The notes beneath the pieces were generated by a model, which worked only from the letters and a program-made list of their open reading frames with translations, was not told where the DNA came from and did not search any database. This document shows, one piece after another, positions 50,420 through 64,000 of a stretch of DNA of 64,000 nucleotides. Position numbers and translations under genes: made by a program. The DNA comes from the human T2T-CHM13v2.0 reference genome, Homo sapiens, in the NCBI RefSeq assembly GCF_009914755.1, contig NC_060947.1. One strand, 5' to 3'. Each line of letters opens with the position of its first letter. Within the stretch, counting starts at the first letter, position 1.

Positions 50420-50720
50420 AAAAGCAGTATACCTGAGTAGACTAGAGTGTCAGGTAAACTAGGTTCCAAGCCATAGCTCTACTACTTTTTGCAGGTTATG
50501 GTGTGTGTGACTATGGGGAAGTTATATGACCTCTCAGCCTCAGTTTCTCGCCTGTAAAAGGGAAATGATAGTACCTATCTCACAGGATTTATTTTGAGGA
50601 CTAAATGAGAGATCGATAAGTAGGTAGATAGCTAGACAGACAGGTACCAATATAAATATAGATACAGATAAATAGCTTCGTACTATGCCAGGCATTAGTA
50701 AGATCTCAACAAATTATATC
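50420..50720 (+). mobile_element. MIR
   Basis: agcctcagtttctc.cctgtaaaagggaaatgatagtacctatctcacagg. Confidence 0.75.
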
Positions 50721-51196
50721 TAAACTTAAATGCCTATTGTGTGCCAGGTACTGGTTTTTGCACTTACTCATTGTTTACTTATTGGAGCTAAGTGTACCTC
50801 ATCAAAAGGAAAGATGGGATTCTGAATACAAGTATTGGCAATGCCTCTGAAAGATATCGATGTAATAAAATGACATGATGTCTAATCAAGTAGGTGAGAC
50901 TGCTATATCAGTAAGCTCTAGCCACAGATTAATTTCTTGACGGGCAAGGCAAGTTGACATTCTCAGGAAATTAAAGTTCAACGTATTGTTTCTGCAAAGA
51001 ATACTATAGTCCGTGAAAATCAATGTTTTACCCTGACTATATGGCAGTCTCTTCAGTAATATAGCAATAGCTATTCATGCACAGTATAATATAAAACCTA
51101 TAGATCAATAAGACCTTTCTTTGATTTATAAAAATTTACAACTAATCACCGGGGACAAAAGATCTAGAAAAGATAAACGTCTCTCATCAAAAGCTA

Positions 51197-52020
<824 letters not shown>

Positions 52021-53218
52021 CAATCAAACATCTATCTTTCCTAATAAAAAGTTCAAAGTCAAGTATTTTATAACTGCACACATAGTTGGTCTGGTAGGTG
52101 AACAAAAACAAGGAAATTATCACAGGTCTCTGTGGGTATTTCACTCCTTTCTCAGGTTTGATGGATAATAACATGACATTTAATACTATTTATAGTAATA
52201 GAAAATAATCACAAAGCAGTAGGTTCTCAACACAATTCTATTTCTGTAGGATTTCCTAAATCTTGAAAAACTTGGGCCATTCTAATCCCCAGTCCATGAT
52301 ACTATTCAAGCCTCAAGAAATCATATCCAGAAAGAGAAGATTAGAGCCTCTAACATTTATCAATGGCAAAGGAATGAGGAGTCTGACACAATTGTTTATC
52401 ATTCACCTGATATTGGAAGGTATATTTTTTTCCCTCTCGCTCATTAGCAACAGCCATCTAAAGGAAACAGTCCTGGATACTAGTTAGGTTCTGGTGGGCC
52501 TATGCCAAGGCCCATGATTATATGAAGCAATGATTAACTTTCAGGATTTTTTTCCCCATTGTTGTAGAAGGTCTTTACTTCTTCTAGCAATCAGGTGTTG
52601 GTTCTAGAAAGGAGGAACACTGAACAAGTAATGAAGAACCCCTAGGAATTCAACTAGTCCTTTCCCTCCAACAGAAAGAAGTTTTGAATAGAATGGACTA
52701 AACAGAGAGTGGCAGGTCCCCCAGGGGCCCCAGGCTGTTACCAAGTAGAGGTGAAGTCAGTTATCTGCTCACTTCCTTCTATTCTGTTCTGTTCTGCTCT
52801 GTTCTGTTCTATTCTAATTATTCATCAACTGATCTAGCTTCTGGCCCCACCTCTGCCATTAACTGTACAACCTTGAGATGTGGCTTTAATCCCCTGGTCT
52901 TCCACGTCCACACCTGTAAAATGTGAAAGTAGACCTACATGATCTGCTTTTCTGAGCATCCCATAGTTCAATTACAATACACTTGGCTACTCTCTCTCTT
53001 CTACTCTCATCATCAACAGAACTTGGAATGAAGAAGATGGGACACAACCACTCTCAAAGAAAACTTCATTCAATAATAGGTCAGTGATTAAGGCTTTCCT
53101 TAACATTATTGCCAGGCACTGTGTTAGCCCCTGGGGATTAAAGATGAATATGCGTGTACCCTCAAAGATGTTTTATGATATATACATATACGTAATATAT
53201 AATATAAAGATATCATAT

Positions 53219-53223
<5 letters not shown>

Positions 53224-53260
<37 letters not shown>

Positions 53261-53266
53261 ATATAT
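53224..53266. repeat. (TA)n microsatellite in an AT-rich patch
   Basis: About 14 perfect TA units followed by degenerate TATG units. Confidence 0.9.
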
Positions 53267-53804
53267 GATACAGAAATATCTGTAGTGGTCCAAAGCAAAT
53301 GTCATTAGCTTCATAATAAACTCCCCTTATCCAGCTTCCTAGGTAAAGAGACCTAGCCACCAGACAGAGGATATAACAAAAATTTCAGGTGAAAACTCTG
53401 CTCCTGGGCTCTAGGAAAAGACCTAGAAGGTGGAGAGATATAAAAACTTGAGCTTAAAGAGCTATTTGTGGGATCCCTTAAGACAGCACCAAAAGATCCA
53501 GTTGTGGGATTAGATGCTTTCTCACTATTATGAATTCTCCAATGATCTATGATCAACCCTTTCTTCCCAGGTAGAGTTCAGCCTCACTGTTTCACCTCTG
53601 ACATGACAGTCACACACCCCTTACCTATTCAAGAGGTTGCCCCTTTCTTGCCTTTCTATCCCCATCTCACAAGATCACCACTTCTCAGCCCTCCATATCT
53701 CCACTGGTAGAAAAGAATACAGTGATGGTTGCCACGCTACTTTTGGCTACCATCAGCTATATATATGGTGTTGGGCAAATTGCTTTTGATGCCAAAACTC
53801 TCCT

Positions 53805-53928
53805 TCTCATCTCCCCCTCCTCCTCCCTCTCCTCCTCCTCCTCTTCCTCCCCCCTCCTCCTCCTATGCCCTCCTCCTCCTCCCCCCCTTCCTTTTCCTCC
53901 TCTTCTTTGTTTCTTCTTCCTTTTCTTC
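53805..53928. repeat. (CCT)n/(CTT)n polypyrimidine low-complexity tract
   Basis: ctccccctcctcctccctctcctcctcctcctcttcctcc... Confidence 0.9.
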
Positions 53929-56904
53929 AGAATATTACCACCTTAGTTTTGGATAGTTTCCAAAGCACTCTAAGCATGCAGACACTGAGGCTCAGAGAGG
54001 AGAACTGAGTTGCCCAAGGTTACACAGCCTATGAAAGCAGGAATCCTTGGAGGTTCAAAAGGACATATATGTGATGATAATGAAGGATATCACCAAGGAA
54101 GGCTGACAGACCAGGCAGCCACTATGAGGCTTCACAGGGGAGGCTTCCCTTTGATAAATTTTCTATAGTCTGTAATTTGGTCCTCAGTTTTGCCCACCAG
54201 GAAATTTGATTTTGACAGTGTCCCAGTATTCATCTGACTCATGCTAAGTAAGTTCTCAAGAGACGGTCATATGCAACCAGACTACCAAAGTATTCATTTG
54301 AGGTATTAAATATTACTACTAAGAGGACTAGATTCACACATTCTCTGGCCACACTCTCCCTCCAATAGACAAGTTACATGAAAAGATGAATTATAATCAG
54401 AAGGTTGGCTGGCAAACCTGGAAGCATTACCCAGTGAGTTAGTTAAATCATCTATATGTGCAATGGCATCAAGTCTTTGTAATGTAATGAACTATTAGAC
54501 ACCCATGCCTTCAGACAGAACTGGACAGGCCCTTCAATGTGAGCTCTATTACTCTCTCCAGTCTCCATTCTCATTGACACATCACTGCTTTAACTTATAT
54601 TAATACCTTCCAGAGACAGCTCTCTGCGTTGATCTATTGCTTCTTGCTTAAGTTTAATTGTCATGGAACAACCTACTTCCAGGATCTCCAGGGGACACCT
54701 GTCACCTCTATGGACGACTAAAAGAGGCCAGGTTTTCTGATTCTGAGTCTGCAATGCTTTCAACTACATTTTGCTGCCCCACCATCAAACAGGGATGATC
54801 CCATATCCCTCCCAGGGTTGTTACAGGAGAAAAAGGAGACACATACAAAAATGCTTTTAAAGTACTGTGCAAATATAAGCTATTATCTATTATCAATTTA
54901 AACTCCTCACAAATGGATCATTTTGCTATCTTTCAACTTTGCCAAATAAAGTGGTAAACGAGAGCAGAGAGCACTTAGTGGAAGGATTTCCAAAAGGGCA
55001 AAATTCTCAGTCAGCTGAAAACTTGGGGAACTCCTACTTAACTACTGTTTTTTTCTTTCCTTTAGCTCCCCAAGGCTATCACTTATTTCTAAAACAGTGC
55101 TGATGCCAGATATGCAATGAAATGAGGTCAGTGAATTGCAGGTTCCTCCCCAGCCAAAGCTGGGAGAAGGCTAGGGTAATCAGTGCACAATTAGTTGTTA
55201 ACTGATAAATGAGGAGTCAATTGGCTGGATGACATAGAAGAAATGGATATCAGCCAAACAAGAAAAAAAAAAGACAGGCTGGCTGATTTACGAGTGAGAA
55301 AGAGAAAGAGTGAGAGGACGAAGGAGAGAGAGAATGAGAAACAATTTGAAGGCCCAGAGAAAGACGAATATGTAGCAAAGAAATTCTGGCAATTGGCAAG
55401 GACCAGAGGTAAAGGAAGAATTTCTTCCCCTCCCACCCACCCCTTGGAACATTTCTCTCTCTGGGAAGAGGAGGTGATCATTTCCTCTGGAGATTGATGA
55501 CATTCACACAGACCATCCTAAAAGTTGACCTCAGATTATATTCATCACATTTCATTTCAAACTCTCATTTTTTGATTGTCACATGCATCATTTGCTGTGT
55601 TGGGGGGAGACCGAAAAGGGTATTTTATTGTAGCAGATGAAATATACATATCTTTCAAAAGAATACATTTTTTGCTGCAAAGTTCCTTACTCCAAAAATG
55701 CTGACTTAAAAAATTATCTTCAGTTGTAGAAAAATCAGAGGTAAATAAATGCTAAACCAGTTACCCACTCTACCCCTGTGCAGCCTACTGGTGTGTTTGT
55801 TAAAAGGCCTGTCCACAATTAGGCTGTCAGATATAACACCATATCTACATATGATAATAGATTTTAGAAAGAAGAAAATCAGGCTGTAAAGGTCAACTAG
55901 AGAAATTCTCCCATCCAATCTCTGAACCATTATGTTAAAAAAAAAATGAGGACAGGCAGTTATTTCTTCTGAAGAAAGATCCTGAGCACAGTATAAATCA
56001 CTCCATGAAAGGAATGGGAATTGGCTACTCAAAGCTGGGGGAGCCAAGGGCATGAAAGATGGTGTGGGTGTGGCAGGGTTCAACAAAGGCAGCATCTCCT
56101 CAGTCTGTCCTAAGTGACTGGTCTACCATGTGGATGAGGGTTCCAGTTCATTAGTGCTTTGACCCTGTCTCTGAACCTGATTACCTTTGAGCATCACCAC
56201 CACCACTTTGTGAATAAAAGAGACCTTCTCACCACAGAGTTCTCCTGACTTGACTTCTTTCAAAGCAAGCCAAGATAGCCTCTCCCCATGGCCAGTACAG
56301 AGTCCAGGAGATTATAAGGAGCAGCGACTCTGCTGGGGCAGTGGTTGAGGGGATAGCAAGTGACCTAATGCTGCAGCTTCCCCGGAAACTCATCCCTTAG
56401 CACACAGGGTACCTAACACTCAACTGGCTAGTCCCAGACACCACAGGTCTGCAATGTCATATTTGAGCAATAGAGTGCCATTAGTGCAGGTAGATGCCGA
56501 CTTTCTGCGCAAAAGATACCTGCCAGGCACATGCATTTAGACATTAAGCTCCTTTAAAACAGGGAACTCACCATCATTCATGTTTGTGTGGCCCCTGCTG
56601 ATCCAGGGTCTAGCTGTTTCCTGATACATAGAAGCAGCTCAATAATTATCTTTTTCTGTTATCTTACTTAGATGCAACTCAGAAGTAAGAACATTGGCTT
56701 TGGAATCAGGGAGTGTGCATTCTAGTCCTACTTCTACTATCAAAGAGCTATGAGACTTGAGGTATGTCTCTCCCCTTTTCCTGACCTCAGTTTTCCTGAC
56801 CTAAACACATTCTAAATGGCTGTTCCCTCACCTCACTCAGAAGCTTATCCTCACCACCCTATCTAAAATGTCACCCCACCTGCATCTCTCTCTAACTCCA
56901 CCCT

Positions 56905-57260
<356 letters not shown>

Positions 57261-57723
57261 TTACTTTTTCTTCATAGTACTTACCATAAATTTAAATTTG
57301 CCTTATTTATTTATTTTCTTGTTAGCCTGGCCTTTCACCAACCCCACCCCAAAATGAATGGAAGTTCCACTAAGACAAGGATTTTTGTACATCTTTTTCA
57401 CTGTTATATTATTTGCTTCAGGACACAGTGCCTAGCACATAGTAGGTGTGAATAAATATCTGTTGAATTAAAAATTACAAACATAGTAGATGCTCAATAA
57501 ATGGGTATAGAATGAGACAAGGAAGGTGGTGAAATGGATAAGCCCCAAGATCCTTCCCTGAGTTGAAAGACTATGGACCATGGCATTCACACCTTGGGTC
57601 CTTTTCTGATAAGGATTTGGCATTCAAACAGGCACCTCCCAAGTACCAGAGAGAAGGCTCAGGCATTTGTTTCCCCCTAAGCTCCTGGAGTTCAGAACTC
57701 CAGCTTTCGGCACCTCTCCGAGC

Positions 57724-57742
57724 TGGACACCAGAGGGCGGTA
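57724..57742 (+). promoter_or_regulatory. Candidate CTCF site
   Basis: TGGACACCAGAGGGCGGTA, 16/19 identical to TGGCCACCAGGGGGCGCTA. Confidence 0.55.
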
Positions 57743-60700
57743 TACCCACACTTACTGCTTCCATCCAGTAGAGGGCCAGAAGAAAGGGGAATCCAAGTTC
57801 TGGATAAATGGTGTCAAATTGGCATGTCAGGACCGGCGCCTAACTGCCCCCTGATGTGAGGAGCTGCAGACTGCAGGACAAAGGGTTCAGTAAAGACTTC
57901 ATTCAAAATTTGTAACATGGAAATCAAATGTGAACAACAGACCCCAAAACCATCTGTTCTTGCCAGAGCCAAGACGGACTCCATGGCCAGCTGCCAGAAT
58001 TGTCCTGGGTTGTTCTATACACACTAGGGGAGGGAGCCACGTTTCCTTCTAACAAAAGGCCATTATGCAAAGGGCTGCCTAATGAAATCGTCCTTTTGAT
58101 GTATTCTCTTTAACTAGAGTAATGTAATAAAATGATAATGATAATCTTCTGGTTTATGATTATTCTGAATTAACACCAAAAAATAGAAATAAAAAAAAAA
58201 AGCCAACTCCTGGCATCAAAGTAGGCTGACATTACAAGTTGCTTATTTGCTGCTCCAAGAAATTTATCATTGTGACTTGGTGGAAATGCATTTTAATTAA
58301 AACGCTATACACATTATAAGTTGGGGAGTTTTTCAAAAGAGTATAATTAAATCCAAAAATTGAACACCTTGCTATAGTATTAAAGGTGTGCAAGAAAATA
58401 TATAAAGAAAAACCCATTACAGTTAATGTGTATGGGCATATGCATATAATTTGTATTAAGAAATATAAGGGCTTAATGAATATCCAAAAACATTTAATAT
58501 GAATTTTTATTGTGATGGCATAGGTTTTGGCTACTGTGATGTATGCATTTAAGTTTGACAATACCCCCTTGTGAAATAAATGCTCTGATGCTCTTAGTAA
58601 GTGTACTCCAACCCTTAAAGCGAAACAGATTTTCCTCATATTTTTTCCTAAGTCACCAAACCCAGAAATATCCTAACTCTGCACCCTGGGTGACATCCTT
58701 TTATGAACTCCAATCTTGCACACAACCCCTCAGGCCACAACTGCACGGCTGCTCACAATTCTAATAGCCTATATATTTGTGTGTAAAACCAACAATCTCT
58801 AGCTTCAGAACCAGATCACTGCCTTGGACCTCTGAGAGCCTTTTGTATGGTATTTCTTCTATAAACCTGCATAGCCTCACTGTAAGCTTTTGATGAATTA
58901 AAGTGTTCATTTGGAATGAGATAAGCTTAGCAGGCTTGTCCCTGCAAGTTCCTGTTAATAAAAAAGTTGAGAGTGTTTAAACCCTCAGGAGGTGAAAAGA
59001 AAGAGCTGGTCCATCTTGTGCTGTCAGAGGTGATCATTTTCAGTTGGGCCCCCTGATAGTGCCGGCAAATGTATCCCTTTTAGCATCACTTAAACTAAGC
59101 TAATATAGGAGGCTTCTCTTCCATCTGCACAAGAGACAACAGAATGAAAGAAAAAATAAACAGCTCCAAACTTATCAAAATAATTCCACAGAGAATTTGA
59201 AAAAGCAAGACCTTTAAAGCACTTCTTTTTCCTTTGAACAAGACGTGCAAAAGGCTGATCCCATATAGTGTTTTTATCCCAATTGCCCTGGATTCAGTTC
59301 ACCTGGTCCAGGGTGTGGACACCAGTAAGCAATGCTTGGTGTCTGTTCCATTTTTAACTTATCATGTCTACAGAGGCTTTAGTTTTTAATCAAGAGAAAA
59401 GGAAATAAGCTGAGAGCAATAAAACACAGAACAGAGCAGGGCCTGTGAATTCCAAGGAAAGAACGTAAGTGCTTGAGAATGTCCCTGAGCACAAAGGAGG
59501 CCTCGTTTGTGTTTAAGTTGCTAAGAAGAAATTCAAGGAGTAGACAGCTGAATATAGCTTATTGAAAATATACAACGTTAACACCAGGGTCAGTCACCTT
59601 TTTAGCCTCAAAGGCACACATTTGGCTTTGGGTGGGGGGGCACTATTTGTGCCTTTTAGGTTCTCTATTCCTTTTTTGCGGTGCTTCTTTTTCCTCCTCT
59701 GGTCTCTACTCATTGTCTGTTTCTTCCCCATGGGGAGGAAGAGAAAGACCAAAAGTAACTACCATCAATTGGGGTTGTAAACGTGCCTTCACAACCGCCT
59801 CACATGATCTCAACAGAATCCCCACTGTAAATGCACTTCCTTATGGTAACAGGTTGGCTACTAAGTGGCTGAAGATGTCAGTGGCTTCCTATGCTAGTTG
59901 AAGGGAGAATTTTTAAAAAATCTATTTAGTGAGTAGCAAGGGGAAAAATAGATTCTATTAGTCACAGACCATGTTTTTGTATTGGCTCCAATGGCACATT
60001 TTGTATGTTTCTATCTGAGTCTATCAAAATATGTTGAAAATATCTGTCCATTTGTCTTGCCCACTGGACTATGAACCGCTAGAGGGTCAGGACTGTGTCT
60101 TTCTCATCTTTGTGTCTCTGTATTTACCTTAGAGCCTGACACAGAAGGGGCTCTTTAGAAGCATTTGTTTCACTGAACCGCTATGTATCAACAATCAACA
60201 AAAATGGTGGTCTCAGCCTAAGATATGCCAACTGAAAAGTATCTGATGTGTGGATCATGTAATGTTTTTGAAAACTAAATTGCTAAGACACATATGGCTA
60301 TTCTAACCAGAAACAACTGATATAATCGAAAGAAACAAGGAACATTTAAAAAGCCATTCTATTTTTCAGGAACAATGTCCTTTGGAAAGACTATCCTTTA
60401 TCTGCCTGTCAGGGACCATGTCTTCCCCTTGTGGTAATTCACATAAAGTGGTCATAGCCATGAAAAACTACAAAGGCAGAGAGTCTGCTTACGCTTTGCT
60501 AGGATTAGATATTAAATAAATGGATAAGGGTCACACATGGTCCCAATTCCAAATTCATGTTGCAGTGCCTGGTCAAGGTGGGGCGAGACAAGAGAAAATT
60601 TCCAGCTTCTATTCTCAAAAACCTGGCTTAGGTCCGATAAGATAGATTGTCATGAAAACCACCCAGTGAAGTGTAATTTTTCATTCAAATCTTCAAAAGA

Positions 60701-61038
60701 AAAAAAAACAGTAAAACAACTTTACTATCTTGTGTATGTATCTAAATACCTATGGACTCAAAATCTGTTTTTTAAAGGTTATGTTACAAGTAATATAAAT
60801 TATCTTGAGGCTTTTGAAAAGCATATTATGTACTAGAATCCTACTCTATTTCCCTGAACTGCTACAATAGGAAAAATGGTGGACTGGCCCTCTCATAAGA
60901 GTCTCCAAGTAAACAATCATCATCAATATAGTATATTCCATGGAGCAAAAGTCTTCATGGGCAGTGACTACAGTCATTTTTCACAGTTTAATATTTTACT
61001 AATTTAGATGTATCTCTTTTAAATTTAAAAGGCTATAA

Positions 61039-61379
<341 letters not shown>

Positions 61380-62660
61380 TCAACGAAATTTCATTTCTGT
61401 ATGCTGAAGTATAAGTACAAAATCAACCCTATGCTGATAGAGTTAAAAGTACCACAGTTGAAAAATATGACTTTCTACCATGTATGACAAATCCCTAAAT
61501 GTGCCTGAAGAGAAATGTACTGACAAGTTAGACCCTGGCTACAGTAACACTAAGAAAGGAGGAACTGGGAGAAGACAAATGGCTTTCAGTTAAAGCACAG
61601 TAATTAGAAATTGGGTATACCTTATCTGAGACTCAAAACAGAAACTACTTAAAAGGCAGCCTTCTCTAAGTCTGGAACATTCTCTGCTCCCATAGATTAG
61701 CTCTGTGCTTATTTAGATGAGGTTTCTCTAGCACCCTCTGCCTCAATTACTTGGGGACTCACCACTCAAATAAGGATTTTAGAGGACACATTGGTCCAAA
61801 CTAACCAACAGCTTAAGTGGTGCAATTTATAAAGTGTCAGAAATAACCTTTTCTTTTTTTAGTCTCCTAGAAATCATAGAACTTTTTAGCTTTGCCTTTA
61901 CAGTTAAACTAACTCAACTTCACTGCCACTATTTTCTTGAATGACTACAGATGAGGCCTACTTATTACTCCCCATAGTACCCCAGCCCTACCTAGGCTCA
62001 TGGTAATCTCCTAACCTAAGGAAGCTCCTAGGATACACAGTGCTCAGCATCAAGTCACCCCTCAACATCAAGTCTTCTAGTCCTGCTCTGACATTTTACC
62101 CAGTTGCAATAACTGGGCCTTTGGAATTCCTTGTGATTTATATACTTTAGTCAATTCCAGCAGTTCTGCCTCTGTCTTGATACTGTATCTCGCCTGAGTC
62201 CCTGTCTTGGTTTCTTGGCCAGAACCCTGGCTCCTGTGGACTGCCTTGCTGCTGCTGTTACAGTCCTACCCCCAAACCTTGGATTAGGAATCCAGGCTCT
62301 TAACCACAGTCCGGTGGTCTCAGCCGCAATCAGATTGTACTGACTGGGGACATGTCTATCTCCCCACCTAGACTTTGAACTCAAGAGCAAAGACCTTATT
62401 TTATTCATCTTTTTTCTATAGAACAGAACACAATGTCCAGTATATAGAAAGACTAGAGGTGATTGGATGACTAGACTTCTGCCATATTTATTACATGCTG
62501 CCATGCTTGCTTGAACCTGGTGTTGTGCCCACAAAACTACAACTTCTTCCTATTATCCATCTCTGGAATTCTCCCTGATCACCAGCTCTACCCCCCTGAG
62601 ATTCCTTAAAGACTAGGGGACAAGTGTATTATTAGGTTTTGTTTCTAAAGTGCATAAATG

Positions 62661-63023
<363 letters not shown>

Positions 63024-64000
63024 TCAATACCCCCTCCAAAGCTGTTAAGAAAAAAAAATGCTCTCTTTCTGAAGAAAAATTATAATAAGTTTCCTAAAGT
63101 CTCAAGTTGATAACTCTTTTCTCAACAGTGCAAGTTTGTCAAAAACTTCAAGACATCGCTTCTTACAATGCTTCTTTAACACAAGTGAAAAAAGGTCAAT
63201 TTTAAATTCAACTAGGGCTCAGTAACACATTAAGATTTTATATTTCATTTTAAGCTTATCTATCTAAAATAAGAGAGCAAACCAGTTTTCCTTCCCCCAA
63301 AAGATCAGAGTGTAAATAATTAAAAGAGGACCTGGTCAGGCAGATGGTGTGATGATGGTGTTCATGAGAGACAGGTCCATGTCAGCTGTCTTAGATGGGT
63401 CCATGTAGTAAATTCCCACATGATGAATGGGACCCCTCAGCCTGATACAATCTCCCCTTCTTTTTATGCTTTAGTACTCAAAATGTTCCCCTTAATTGAT
63501 GCTAGCAAGGAAAGATGGAATGGGGTACAGCCACCACCAACACTGCTAGATACCGACACTGCTAGATACTAAGTACAAGCACTTGTCTCCCGTGGGTCAC
63601 AGGATAAACATGCTTGTTTTAGGGAGGTTACCCCATCCATCTAACTTGTTGATTTACCTTTTATGAATACAACACAGAAACCATCAGACTGCTTGTGCTT
63701 TGACAGTGGAATAATATGTGAGAAGCAGCTTTGTAAGCACTCAGTTCAAATGTTGTTGCTGCTGTTGCTGCTATAATTGTGATAAACACTTTATGTTTTT
63801 CAACATCCACCCTTAAATGCATTCCTTTGAGCACTGCACCCTTTGCCTGCTATCTTCTTTTAGAAGGCAAATAGTCCTTGGAAGGGAAAGCTATTAAGCC
63901 CCATCAACTTGGGTAAGAATAAGTCTATCTGAAGTTTCCCTCACTGGGACACAGCTGGGGTGGTATGTAGAAGACAAAAGGGTACTAGAAAGGGTAGTGG

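Noticed and set aside
53722-53956. Ser/Pro-rich ORFs
   Set aside because: Artefact of the (CCT)n low-complexity tract.
55191-55503. Overlapping Lys/Arg/Glu-rich ORFs
   Set aside because: Arise from a GA-rich low-complexity stretch; no similarity to a protein I recognise.

Overview
Human (primate) genomic DNA from inside the glypican-3 gene (GPC3), which runs on the minus strand. The only host coding sequence is the 695-bp exon 3 (18615-19309, minus), with clean ag/gt splice sites. Bases 1-18614 are intron 3 and 19310-64000 are intron 2. The introns are full of L1, Alu, MIR, L2, CR1/L3, MER2/MER5 and LTR relics. They also hold a full-length RPSA processed pseudogene (+, 20-bp TSD) nested inside an L1. 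Most notable: (i) a MER61-type solo LTR with three perfect p53 half-sites in tandem; (ii) exon 3 as a single-exon circRNA candidate whose back-splice gives a 240-aa ORF with a new C-terminus, plus an intron-read-through/intronic-polyA alternative; (iii) a MaLR LTR fragment that appears L1-retroposed (polyA, TSD, twin-priming 5' inversion), one of three 5'-inverted insertions; (iv) several strong CTCF-like motifs. No prokaryotic features, CRISPR arrays or RNA genes were recognised. Repeat subfamily names are recalled from consensus sequences and repeat boundaries are approximate.
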